A stretch of 64,000 bases of DNA from contig CM082577.2 of assembly GCA_040954595.2 (NCBI GenBank), forward strand, positions 6,436,301 through 6,500,300, read 5' to 3'. The notes below the pieces were generated by a model. It searched no databases. It was given only the letters and a program-made list of their open reading frames with translations, and was not told where the DNA came from. Numbering within the stretch: position 1 is the first letter of the stretch; each line of letters begins with the position of its first letter. Below are positions 1-13,261 of this stretch, one piece after another. A program made the translations under genes and the position numbers. This DNA comes from Balanoglossus misakiensis (lineage: Eukaryota; Animalia; Hemichordata).

Positions 1-452
1 GACCACTATGGGTCAAAATTTTCTGCCCAAATTTTGGATGACCTCAGATGACCTTTGACCTACTTTTGCATATCTCAGCATCCAAAGCAGGTACAGCCTT
101 GGCATTTGGCGGTATTGGGCCATAATGAAAAGCCAAAGTTTTGGGTCACCTGTGACACCTGCTTTACTCATTATTTATGTGCATACCTAATTCCGGGCTA
201 ACCAAAAGGGCTAGAGGTCTGGTTTTTGTTGGACATGGACCACTATGGGTCAAATTTTCTGCTCAAATTTTGGATGACCTCTGGGTGACTTTTGACCTAC
301 TTAACACTATATCAACACCAAACATAGATATAACCTTGATATTTCATGGGATAAAACACAGCATTATGTTTCTACTCATTAATTATGTGCATATCAAATA
401 ATCAGATCAGATAATAGAGCTTGGGCCCGGACAATGCTGCTTGCAGCTTTAA
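1..452 (+). mobile_element. 3' end of a non-autonomous repeat with internal ~237-bp tandem unit and terminal stem-loop (Helentron/HINE-like)
   Basis: GACCACTATGGGTCAAA..TTTTGGATGACCTC..TTTGACCTACTT occurs at 1 and 238; hairpin GCTGC-TT-GCAGC at 436-447 followed by TTTAATT. The family assignment is inference. Confidence 0.45.
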
Positions 453-2875
453 TTATCATTATTTCCAACTATCTCGAAGTCGTTTAAAGCGGAGATAAAA
501 GCGAACTGAATGGGATCGGCGGTGTTATACAGTATTGCTCGGAGCCATTAAACACACAATAAGCACATGTCAAGATGTACTGAAACCCGGTAGCCACTTT
601 TATTGGTTGTAAATAGGCCTGGTGATAATACCACAGGACGACGATAATACACTCCCCGGATCCCCGGTGGAAGAATTAAATTGTAAAGAGGTATAGCGGC
701 CCATCCGTTGAAAAGATGCCCGATTGTCTCCCTTGTCATTTTATGAATAGACAGACTACTGGTTTAATTTAAGAATTCATATGGATAGAGTTCTCCAGGC
801 AGACAAGTGGTCATTCTTAGTGATTAAATTATCTAGTCTTTTATCCCCCCCATCTATGATAAGGCCCTTATTCTGGCATATACATAAGGGGAGAACCGTT
901 TAATTTCCAGGGGGGGGGGACTGGCAATAGAAAACATATTGCTGTGACAGTGGCTGAAAATGCCGACATACCCAAATCCTCCACCCTCTCCAGGAATCCA
1001 ATGGTTCTCTCCTAAGACCACAGGGCGGGAAATCTTCAAACTATGGCCCAGAAACGTTGGGAGGGACTGTATGTGCTATGGGATTTGATTTAATTCGTTG
1101 TCAAAGCCAGTTGAAAGAAAATCTATTCTATTTCAGTGACCGGTGAAGACTCTGCTCAACCCATGTGTAATTTGGTATTCTACACCGATTTAAGATTTAC
1201 TCAACCATACAGTCGCTTTGCAAGAAAAGAAATAGGCTTGCCAAGCAAGTCAACAATCTGTTACCATGGCATTAAACTGACTATAAACACCCGTGTCTCC
1301 AAATTGGGGTCAGCAGTCCTGATCAGCAGATCTGTAATCCTATATGCGTATCTTAAAAAGTAATTTGACATGCATGGACAAATAGACCGATTATAGTGTT
1401 TCACCAACTGGGCAAACCACAACAATGTGGAACAGAAGTGCGGTGTTATTAATTAGCCAGGGGGTCCGTGAGGGAAACGATCACTGCGATAATTGGTACT
1501 AATTGGTCTTCAACAATTGTCACTGATTGTTTTAGCCAAAGCCTCATCAGCTATGGACATGCCGTCAAAACTTGTTTCACGCAATCATCTCTGGGAGTTT
1601 TTCATAATGGTAATGATCAATCCAATTTGATTGCCTAACAGATGGAATTCGCCCCACGAGTGCTAAATCCCCTTATTGAAGTCCACGTACTTTCGGATCT
1701 TTGCAAAAGGCTATAACCATCATGATATATGAAGTCGTAATTAATATGAAGCAATCATTATGCAGGATTGTCCTGGCTAATAGACTGGCTGAATTGAAAA
1801 GGATTCCACTTGTTACATCAGATGTACCCTCACCCCAATAAATCAAGATCTTGTTAAAAGTCTTCCTACTTTTCCACTCTTGCTAAGTAATCAATTCTAT
1901 CTGGACCATTAAGTTGTGGAATGTGGTCAGTGTACTGGTCTATAGTGGCCAACTTTGCTTTGCCCTCTGTCTCTACACAACAGCGACTCAGGTGAACTAT
2001 GTTTTCTATAGATTGGTTTTGAGCAAAGTCCATTTTATTGACATTCGTATTTACAAGTCTACAACAACTGAGAGAAGTCTACAATAGAAGCACATGTCTC
2101 TACATAGCCTAGATCCGTGTTGTTTCAGATGTCTAAATCAAACTTTAAGTTGAGCTGTGGTTTTTTTAACCAGTACATGCTTTGCATGCCAAAGGGTGCA
2201 ACTTGGAACAAACTTCTTTCAGCTCAAAACTGGTACAATATCGAGAGCATAGTATATACACTAACTATAAGAAGACAGTTTTGTCTGCGACAAGAGAGTT
2301 GGCCAGCCAGGAAAATCTCTTCTTGGTGGACCGGATAAGCCTCCCTAGCAAATCAACTTGTTGAGTTTAACAACAGTGGATATGCAAATTGATGATAGCG
2401 CCATGAAAGGGATGAATGGAAAGTAGGATTGAACTGTTGACAGTTGTCTTAACAGTCAATAGATAACAGTCTCCAGGTGAGACTGGTAACAGTGTATTGT
2501 GGGGCTCTCTCTCAATTACGACACCCAACAAACACCCTCAAGTGCTATCAACACAAGGCGTATTTACACATGCATTTCCACTTTTGAGACACAGAAAAAA
2601 TGCCTTCCTAGCGCAGTGAGTCAACAATGCGAACAAGCCCCAACAGGTAATAATATGCAACGGTTAAATACCAGAGAAACAATGGAATTCTTGTTCTGAA
2701 CTCATTTCAGAGTGGTAAAAGGTGAATTGGTCAGGGCAGAATTATGACCGCCTTCTTTTTATAAAAGCAAATATATCATTAACGAGCAAACAAGGCACAT
2801 ATTTGAGATTGAATATTAAATAGATTCTTACCAGCTAATGAGATTATAGATGCACCATAGTTACAATAAAATGGA

Positions 2876-3030
2876 CTCAGATAATTTAATATCTAAACTT
2901 AAAAGAAAATTGAAAATCTATTAAGTATACAATAAATACCTCTTCTGGTAGTGAGATTATCTAATATCTAAAACTCAGTACAGAAAATGGAAAATCTAGT
3001 TAGTATATAATAAATATTTCTTACGAAAGT
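2876..3030. repeat. Degenerate ~76-bp tandem duplication
   Basis: AGATAATTTAATATCTAAA..GAAAATTGAAAATCTATTAAGTATACAATAAATA vs AGATTATCTAATATCTAAAA..GAAAATGGAAAATCTAGTTAGTATATAATAAATA. Confidence 0.6.
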
Positions 3031-3083
3031 GCCTTTTTACTACAATGCTGATGGATATGTACATATGTGGGAAAGGCATACGT

Positions 3084-3262
3084 CAAAAACACATAAATTT
3101 GTTCATGTACTACACTGGAAATGAAAACCCCAAATAAATTTGATCATTTAGAGTGTGGACATTGAAAACACAAAATAAATTTGATAATGCACTGTCTGGC
3201 CATCAAACAAAAATAAATTTGATGATGATTCACTGCTTTGGGCACTAAAACATAAATTTAAT
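3084..3262. repeat. Degenerate ~40-bp minisatellite, ~5 copies
   Basis: Recurrent core AAAAC..ATAAATTTG(A/T)T at ~3090, 3130, 3170, 3210, 3250. Confidence 0.65.
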
Positions 3263-4105
3263 TATCTTGCTGCAAGCGAGCGAGAGATTTCACAAAAACT
3301 ACATACGTGCAATGTGTGCAGAACATATTGACTGCATTCTCCAAATCTATACAAGACTGCAGTCCAAATACACAAATGAATAAAATTAAAATTGATTTGG
3401 TATTCATAAACCGTACAAAGGACACACATGCCGACTACCTAAAGAAATAATGGCAAAAACTAATCAAATCTATATGCATTTGTATATAAATTTGTGCCAC
3501 ATATAATGTTGGAACTTTTGTACACCTTTATCTACAATATATACAGTTCACATTACTGAACCTCTGTTGTGGCTTTTAAAAATCAACATGGTTTAACAAA
3601 CAGTGATGCGGAACGTGTTTGCACTCCGACCAAAGTAAATGCTGTGCGCTTGTTAATTTTAAGTTAATAGATGTGAGGAATTTAAAAAGGAACTCAGTAT
3701 AAAAACATAACTTGTGCAAGGGACATAATATGGTATCATAAGACACTAAACTGAAGTTTACGCTCAATGTAGTTCCTTAGACATGTCTGTGTCTTATCAC
3801 ATTTTAGTTTTGTTATTTTCGGGACGAATCCCCATTAACCATGAAAAAATTAAAGTCATGGCACAGATGCTATGCTGTGCGTACGCGTGACTCATGCACG
3901 TGATTTTGTCATCTGCCATATTTATGTACTAGAGAATGCAGAACTCTATGCGACAAGTCAAATCACTTCAGCAGTTCAGTACTAACAAGTTCACAACAAT
4001 AGTATTCTTTATAGCAAAGCCCTGGTTATAAAACAGCAGACAATCATTCTTGTGTTGTCTGGTCCAAGCTAGCAACACTGGCCGGTGTGTCCAGGTGACC
4101 ACTCA

Positions 4106-7100
4106 CTAATTGTGCTTGACAGCTTCGTAGGGGTCCGCCACGCAGCAAGACAGGATCCTCACAAGGGGTTTTTGATTGTCCTGACGTGCTTTGAACATCT
4201 GGCAACAAAAAATCACATTTAAGTATTGAATTAGATGTTGGAAACTATAATCCCGTAAAAGTTACTGAAGACTGGTTCGGGTACGGCAACACAATTCAAT
4301 GAATAAGTTGTCTTGGTAATTGCAAATGAAAGTTGAAATATTGTCTGATGTCCGTCACTGTGAGAAAGAAAACCACCTGTTTTTAGCGGAAGCTAATTTG
4401 ACTGGTGCCTAGACACCAAGTATGTTTGGCATTCACCGTGGCAAACTTTGCAGACAAAGACAATGTACTGAATGGAAGTGCAACTTGCATGACATTGTAT
4501 GGCCTCCAACACAGTAACAACAAGGTCTACATGTACATAGAAATACAACTGCGGTTTGTCCGCAAAATAATTTATGTACTAGATCCATCAGTTTATTTTT
4601 GAAAAACAAACCTTGAGTTATATCCTACAAATTCACATAGGAGAATCAATACTGTTCAAATTGCCAGCCAAAACTAGCACCTATTTCAGACATAAAAAAA
4701 TTCTGCATGAATATCTATTGTAAGATATTTTTGCTCGAATATTAAAGTTATGGGTAAATTTAGCTGTGAAAAACAACAAAACACAGTGGGCTTGGTTGTC
4801 TTTACCTAGACATCACTTGATGCGACCACAACATGTCAATAAAGTATGAAGAGACAATCAATGTTAAAAGAGGTCTGCCTTGACCTGTTTGTGTGGATAC
4901 TTTGACAAATTTTAATCCCCATGACAAGGGCAGATCGATAGACATTATCATTGTTGGTCAAGACCAGCATAAAGTCACCCTGTTTGCAGAGTGTTTCATA
5001 TTGCTAGGGGAAAACAGCCTGACTGTCACTGTGCGCTGAGTGGGCGCGGTTTGAAGTGTGCTGTCAGCAATTAAGGCTGCAACCGGCTGAAGTAGTATCA
5101 TTTACAAACATATCCCCATACCGATGCCACCGTATCTTAGCATGGTTAATCTTAGTGGCATGTTAAAAGCAACAACGGAGACAATTCAGTCGGACAAAAT
5201 CAACACACTTACTGTTCCACAGCAACATGTCAAAAAAGTCACTGCTATGGAAATGTAGGACCACACAACACCACGTTTAAAGTCAATCTATCAAGAATGT
5301 CAATGATGTGGGGGATTACTACGATAATATTAATACATGTAGTAGCATACATTTATTTTTCTAATCTCGGATTTTACATAAAATCACAATTAAATTTGAG
5401 GTGGGATATGTTGGGTAGATTTTTTTTGGGGGGGGGGATAAAGGTGAACACATATTTCTAAATATTTTAGTCATTTTAACTTAATGCACGTGAAAACAAG
5501 TTCTGTTTCATTTCTTTCTGAAAACAAGAATTTTAGGAGTGGAAATAATACACAGAAATAGACACAGCTTGTAGTTCTCCAAACATTCCACATCTTGGCA
5601 AAGTACACTTATAATTTATGATATAAAATTCTTCATACCTCGTCTAAATTTTCCCAAAATTGGCTTTTTTATTGAAATTTGTCAACTTGGATAACTGTAG
5701 ATATAGTTACAGGAAAAAGCAACGCACAAATTGTCCCTTTTTGTGTTGTGTTCTCAATATTTTGTAAATTAATACATGTAAAGATGCGTATACCACTCTG
5801 CCTATAACATTCAGGAAAAATTGAAAAGCTGTTAAACCATCAAAGTATGCGTAAAGTATGTGACGGTCAACATATACGATCAGACTGCCCATGACAGGTT
5901 TTCACACGCAGGTTGTTTTGTTTATCCTTTTAATCCTAGGCTTTACCGAGTAACCAGGGTTAAAACCACTCTACCATAACCGTTTCTTCATTCGTTTGTG
6001 GTGTGGACAGGTTGCCCCAGCTAGATACCGATTGTCTCTTCAAACAATACAGATTCGATGTTTTGATGTCGAGTTGTGAGGATGCCACCCCAGCAGGACA
6101 AATGTCATTGATCAGAGGACTCGGTCCCTATACCCCTAACTGATCAATGTGAATGCCATGCGGAACAACACTTTAAACAGCTTGCACAATAGCACTCTAT
6201 CAGAGTGGGTACTAAACAAGATATCTCGCAACAACAAACACCCAAAGTACACTGGCAACAACATGACCTTGAAGACCGGGTTACTTGGGATAACTTAGAG
6301 AGGTTGGAATCCCAGCCTCTTGTACTGTTTGTTTTTGCATTATGCCATCGCAACTAATAGGTGACAATGTCACAAGGTTGAAGCTGCATTGTTGATTAAG
6401 TGCAATGTCTGCAGTGTCTGTCGGATCACCCCATAGTTACGACTTCATTCAGTATTAAAGCGGGATACATGCACAAAAGTCTGAATTTATATATAGTTAA
6501 CCACTAATCTCAGGAAAATCACTAGCTTTGTCATCATTTTTGGGAGTGCCACTGTGCAAATACATTTGGAACCCAGTGAGTAAGTCATGATGCCTTTATC
6601 AATAAATGGGAAAAAGAAACAATGTGTATAAGCACAAAATAAGGAGAATGGAGCTATTCACTTTCCACAAAACATGTCCGTGACACCTTAAATTTTTTGG
6701 CAACATTCAGGACAATGTGGCTTCAGGGAAGCAATTTCACAGCATTCTTCCCACTTGTACATGCCCTCTATAGATGTCTCTGGAGAAATACATGAGTTCA
6801 CGTAAGGTTATCAGTTTCACCCAACAGCAGTTCTAGCTATCTGACACCTGTAGCATAATAAAAGGCTTAGGGAGTTTAGATTTAAATGTAGATAGTTGTG
6901 AGTTGGCTTTCTTCAATTGCCTATACAGGCATGACTCTCTGACAAAGTATGTTTGTGTTAGATCAGGGATTTCCATTGTTACCTGTAGAAAACATAATAT
7001 ACATGTACCCATGTCACTAAACAATGTTCTGTTCAGGAATTTCTGATACAGAGTTTGATAATTTGCATAACAATAAATCAATTGTTATGATAATAATTTT

Positions 7101-10100
7101 CTATTGTTTTCCCAAGGGTATCAGTGGACAGAACATTGAGTAAAGTAGTGGCGGATAACTAAAATAAAACACAAATCAAAGGTCAGATTATTTTCTAATG
7201 TGGGGCTATGAAGTAATAGATGACTCATTTCCACAGATCAATAATTTAACTATTAGGAAGTGTCCGTCCCTTGACCCCAGATTACTGTAAATGCAGACAG
7301 AAGTATAAGTTTATCAGATTAACTGTCAGGTCATGATAACTTTTGATCTTATATCATTTCTGTACAAACATGTGGAAACGGGTCAAGCTATTTTCTCCTG
7401 TAGAACATTGCCCTCTGTTGTGGTTCAGTGGACATTATTGCTTATGTTACAACTTACAGTATGGACATTACAGCCTGTTTGTAGATAATGATCAATGTAA
7501 TGATCCCAAATGAAACTGTAATGATGACTACAATTACTTTTTAAATGAAAGGATATTTGCTAGACATAAAATTAAGGATTACAATTTCTAGGGTTGACAC
7601 TGAAGAATGCTCTCCCCTGATTTTTAACTTTGAATTGTTTGTTTCTGTTGAGCTGGACCCCAAACAGCTGAAATAATGTCTTAAAAAAGAAATTTAGACT
7701 GCAATTCATTTGAAAAAGTAATACAGCAGTGGTTGCAGTGGAAACATGCATAAAAACAACTTTTTTATACCAATTATAGAGCTATACCCCCTATTTCAGA
7801 GACCCACGCCAACATTAGGCTGTATTCATTCTCACGTGTAGGTACATTACAATTTACGGCCCATACCTTGTCAGTTAATGGGAGTAATCATACATCTTTA
7901 AGGTCAGCTATACTCCAAGCTTCACATGTGGTCGGGTATTGTGCTGTTTACTTTGATGGTCGCCCCCTTTTGTTTGTATACACTACCGGCTCATTGTAAT
8001 CGGAGCCTTTTTAGAAGATGTGTCCGGCAAACCTTTGCCACAGAATGACAAAAGCCGAGGAGGTCAGCAATGTGTGCGGCTCACAAAGCCCACAATGAAG
8101 ATTGTTATGAAATTGCTCCACTTGAAAGGGAAGCCTGCAACTTCATCAGACGCTCCATGGAATCAGTGATTGAATTCTTTTGCATCCGCCCCACATAAGG
8201 AACCTTTCCACAGCAACTATAGATCGGAGAGCATTAAAAGTGCAGACCGCTCATTAAAGCTGCTGCTATTTTTGGCATAAACATCTTTCGTGGTACAAAG
8301 ATTTGAATGATAGGAAAGATGGGATGAAAGCTGCCCGAACAAAGATTCCATATTGGGCAGGGAGGGGAGACACTGACCTTAAAATGAACTTTACACTTCT
8401 CCAGCAGATATTTCCACTTGAGCTGGGTCTTGATGCCATCATCAGTGTTGCAGAAATCTTCAACCTGAAAATGTTGGGTATACATTAAATTTGCTATATT
8501 GATTCATTGATATTTTTAATAATTGTCACTGTTCTGCCTTTCATGATTAAACTGTCTTGTATATTTTTTCAGAAATTAATTAATACGCAATTGATGTTTA
8601 TCTGTCAATCAAACAAGGACACTTTTGACTATTCTATGTCAAACTTCCTATGAGATAGGGCCTCTGTCTTGGACTTTCACTTGGCATGACTTGTTCACAA
8701 GTTGTTGACAATCAAAATGTTAGTTCACAAGGATCTTCTTTTTTATTTTATCTGTCTGTGGAATATTTACATCTAAAATCCAAAGACAAACATACACGTA
8801 CTTGCTAAGTCCACTGACTACTAAGAGCTGAAATTGTCTTTCAGAAGTCAAGATGGTAAAAATAGTTCATTCAATCATACCGTTAAGCCAAACATCTGTT
8901 CAGCAACATTTCCTGTCAGTCTACACGTCTGAAATGTTCCAGTTTGATCAGAAAGAGCCACTTGAATGTCAAATGTCATGTGTGTTTCTGCACCACCCAT
9001 CATTGATGCTGTGCATTCACTGTTTGCACAGATCCCTGTAGTTTTGTCCACTCGGAACTTGCATTGTGTACTGTCAAGGAACAGAATTACATGACACTAT
9101 AACTTTGCATGATATTCTGAGGAAATATCTACTGAAACAATAATGATTAAGGTACTTGATTAGCAAACATTTGAAAGTAGATCTGCAAGAAAGCTAAAAA
9201 TACTATTTGAAAATTTAAGTACATATAGTGGGACTTCATGTGAACATAAACATTTCTAATAGTTCATGTCTTAGGGATGACCTAGTTAAGAATTTTGGCA
9301 TCTTATAGTCAAGGAGAAAGAGCCCCAATACAATATCTACACTCTATACTAGCTGATGATCTGAGTTGATCAGTATATTGATAGAAGTACTAAGGGTCCA
9401 TGTGTGACTTTTGACCTGAGAAAATTGCCAGAAGTTACATATAGTGGCCATTTAAACTTGTAACAACACCTGAGTTCATCCTACTTTTTCATTGTCAAAA
9501 AGTCTGGTGGTATGGCAGTACAGCAATTAAAGATTGTGAGATACCACGCTTTTGATAAGAAAAACAGTTCATCAGCCAACATTGATTAGTTATATCAGTA
9601 ATAGCTTCAAAAAGGTTGACAGAAGTCAGATTACATAAGATTAGCAAGCAATCTCTAAGTGTACAATCTGTCATTTTAATTACAGTTTTTTAATTACATT
9701 TCACACATTACATCTCGTTACTAGTGATGAAGCCAGTTTCTTGTGTTGACTTTTTGGTTCCATCAGTAGGTTTCTAAACCAAATGTGATTTTGTTTGTCA
9801 AAGAACATCCCTGGGGTGATGGCCTGCGATAGATATAATAATATGATGCATGTGTACACTTTGGATTTACCTACCATCTGACAGAAACTGCATTGTGGAT
9901 GTCAGAATCAATGTCAAACGATGACACAAAAGCATACAGGATGCCATACTCTGGAGCTGGGTTGAAATCTGTCTTCGCCATACCTTTGGATTTCAATTGC
10001 TGTATTGTATACACATCCGTGATCTGTTCCACTAGAAATTTGAAATAATGTAATGCCAGGCTATGAGAAAATGAAAAGTGCATGTACGCTAGGAACACAC

Positions 10101-12573
10101 CAATAATCAGAAAATGTGATACAGAATATAAAACCAAGTACCCCATTGTTCTTATGATGTTTCTGCTCAGCTACTTAGAAGGGTATTATTACTGCGTCAA
10201 ATCTGTCTTGGTATCTGATGACAAGATATGTTAATGCTGTCATTATCACCACTGGTAGAACAGGTGAATTTATTAAATTGAGAGATTCAATTTGCTACAC
10301 AGTGGTTGCAAGGTCGATTTGAATTACTGATAACTGAAGCTCTGTTACTTACAGTCTGGATCTTGTCCCATGGAACTACCATTACCCATACCATCATCAT
10401 CAAAGTTGAAAGACTGACCGTAAGTGTATAAACTGTGAGCCTCTCTCGTATCTGTGATTGAAAAGCAAAGTCTAATATTTGGGGCAACCTTTTTAGCATC
10501 ATTAAGAAAAGATTCTCACTCTCCAACAACAGATCAGTAACATAAAGAAAGATGAAAATGTATTTACCAGGATTAACTGTAAAAATAGTTTTTGAATCCA
10601 CTGTGGCAATCATGGTTCTCCTGAAGTCATCATAGGATGCTCTCACATCAGAAGCAAACACCACTATTCAGTGAAAATAAAGAGAGATACATAATATACT
10701 ATTTTGAACTGTTGTAATGTGATCTGACATTTTTTTACTCTTTGCTACAAATGTGGAGGTTATTATGACTCCCAGATAGTTTTTTTTCCAGCACAAATAT
10801 TTTTAGTTATATGGGGCATAACGATAACCAAGGACAGCACACCTTTGATTGTAATTAAAATCAAATTACCTGTATCTTTTGGACTCCAGGTATGTGCAAA
10901 GTCAATATTTTCTTCATCCCACCTGAAAGTTAATGTCAGAAAAGAAAATTGACATAAAAACAAAAGTGAAAACAAAGTTTCTGTGGTGGCGCTGTTCAAA
11001 GCACTACCACAGTCTTGGCTTTACAACTGGTGCAGATGGTATTGGATACTTACATCATCAATGTAAACGATGGGCATGTTTCATCCAAGAGTTTGACTTC
11101 ACATCGTTTTGTCTTTCTTCCGGTTTTTGTGACTAAATCTCTTGGGGTTCCAATCTGTGGCGGTTGAAATAAAATAAACATGAACCATCTGTGAAAAATA
11201 AAGGCAGACTAAAACTACAAGCTGTGCATGGTTGAAAAGTGGACCGAATGAAAAAAAATGACTCTATAGAACTAAACATCTTACACTTACCTCCCTAACC
11301 AGAGTTAGTAAACTGATGTGTTCTCCATGCAAATTTTGTCCATTGGCCATGACATCACTCAGTGTATAGTAATCATTGTTGTCTTTGATTGGTATGTGTT
11401 GAATTGAATTGAAGTTGGCAAAGTCCCATCCACTGTACTGACACAGTGTTGATCGTGTCTCACTGATATTCAACTCAACACCCCTTAATGAAAATGAAAA
11501 TGTTATTATAAAGTTAAAATCATTCAAGGCAAAAGCTAGCAATTTCTAACTTCATCATATAACTATATTAGCCTGGTAAACTAAATGTGTATGTGAATGG
11601 TATCATTCCTAAAGCTTACAACAGCTACAGAATAATACATTTAGAATCTGAAAATTTAAGATCCTGAAATTTATATTGTGAAGAACTTTATGCCAAATGA
11701 CTTACACAGGTGTCCATGGACCAAATCTGTCCGCATTTTCACCAGTTGGTTTACTTTGAACATGGGGATTTCTAACTTCAACTGTATGTATAAAGACATG
11801 AATCTTTGTGTGATAAAAAATGCAGTCTTTGTTCATTATTTTTATTGATTTGTGAATAAAACCAGTAACATCTGACATTAAAGTTGTCATGAAAATATAG
11901 TGTTTGACAAAAACATACTTACTTATATCTCCAATTTTGAATGACCTGCTGAGTTCAGTAATGTGACCTTCATTACCCCAACATGTTGCATTTATAAATT
12001 CTGATGGTGAATCTCTCAACGTCAAACTCAAAAGAAAGTTGAATGTGCCAGGATCTGCAATGGATAGTACACTATTGTGAAATCTACTTGAATCATATTT
12101 AGTTCAGGAAGCAGTAACAATTTACATTCAAGCACAGTCCCTCAAGAAAGACGGTCGGGAATCTCCTATTTGTTAGTAACGCTAATAATGCTTACTTTTC
12201 TTGCTGGGAAAGGATCGTACACTTTGCTTTGTTATCACAATGCCAACCAAAACCTGAAAGGTGAAAACATTATTGCCAGTAAAAAAGTCGTGCATCATCC
12301 AATCATCTCACAATTATTCAGAGACACTACAGAAAGCATTAGATAGTGCATAGAGAATCACAATATTCCAGCAACTGCTTTTTATAATTTACAGTTCATA
12401 GAAAGATGAGTGTACCCTACCACATTTGGCATTCCGGGAGAGAGCTCTCTTATCATAGTTCTTCCAGGAGAATTTGTAGCTGCATTTCCACGACTGACAT
12501 TGTTTATTGTTGTTCCATCTGGCCATGAATTTTGTGTTCCAAATTCATTTTCAAATCCTCCAGACCATGCCAT
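4106..12573 (-). CDS. MEIOB: Meiosis-specific OB-fold ssDNA-binding protein MEIOB, 13 coding exons, ~495 aa
   Basis: Exons (minus, all GT-AG, frames join): 12573-12421, 12253-12196, 12054-11923, 11781-11706, 11483-11291, 11154-11054, 10922-10870, 10663-10568, 10451-10353, 10031-9875, 9070-8881, 8464-8378, 4198-4106 (TAG). Peptides LTLRDSPSEFINATCWGNEGHITELSRSFKIGD, VFASDVRASYDDFRRTMIATVDSKTIFTVNP, the CxxC..CxxxxC Zn motif, LKWKYLLEKCKVHFK and ILSCCVADPYEA resemble vertebrate MEIOB as I recall it. Confidence 0.93.
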
Positions 12574-12875
12574 TTCTGTGATGTGGTATAATTTGAAGAA
12601 AAGAACCTTGCGCACAATAATGCCTAAAATTAAAAAATCACATTACCAAAACTATCCATGAAAGTTTGTTATGTATGTTCATTTTGCACAATAAACAAAT
12701 AAAGGATTGGAGAAAACTTGAATACATGTACATGTAAATTTGTACCTGTGCATGTATATTTCAAGCACCGTGCAGCGTGCAAAATAACCAACACACGACA
12801 AAATGTCAAGCATATTCGATCTATAAAAATTATTCCACTATTTCTAGTCAAGAACAGGTATGTTTACGCACTCAC

Positions 12876-12950
12876 CAATTCACCCTGTTCGATAAAATTC
12901 CACACTTCTGAGAAAGTTGTGATTTGAACGAACGTCCAACGCTATGTATA
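12876..12950 (-). other. MEIOB: Probable non-coding first exon of MEIOB
   Basis: Minus-strand donor G|GTGAGT at 12876/12875; the exon 2 acceptor CAG lies just before the ATG at 12573. The 5' boundary is a guess. Confidence 0.5.
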
Positions 12951-13261
12951 TTTTGCAGCAGACGACACTATTTACATATGACGTAATCGCGTGTTGCAAA
13001 TTGCAACATTTCTGTGCGTGCATATGTCAATCACTCGCGTTGCGACGTAGCTGCGGTTGTGGGTGAATCGTTTCGAGAAGTGTCTGTCCTAATCAGTGAA
13101 CTTCGTCGATGACTTCGCCAGACCAGATGACGAGGTTCATTTCTACTGTTTTTCGATTTCTTGCGGACGACATTTCTGGGGTCAGGCGACACTGCAACAT
13201 GATTGGCTGCCTTGTGAACTATGACCTTTGCGTCGTGTCATATCATTTCGTCATAGTAGTG
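12930..13261. promoter_or_regulatory. CpG-rich bidirectional promoter between MEIOB and C17orf75
   Basis: Divergent genes <400 bp apart; local CpG enrichment; CRE-like TGACGTAA (12979); palindrome TGTTGCAA-A-TTGCAACA (12992-13008). Confidence 0.65.

Noticed and set aside
3084-3262. Regularly spaced repeats resembling a CRISPR array
   Set aside because: Degenerate tandem repeat in eukaryotic DNA; no unique spacers or cas genes.
6285-6320. B-box-like GGTTGGAATCCC
   Set aside because: No A-box or cloverleaf; insufficient for a tRNA or SINE call.
9071-9080. TCCTTGAC (U12 branch-like) at a MEIOB acceptor
   Set aside because: Directly abuts the AG and the donor is GTAGGT (U2-type), so not a minor intron.
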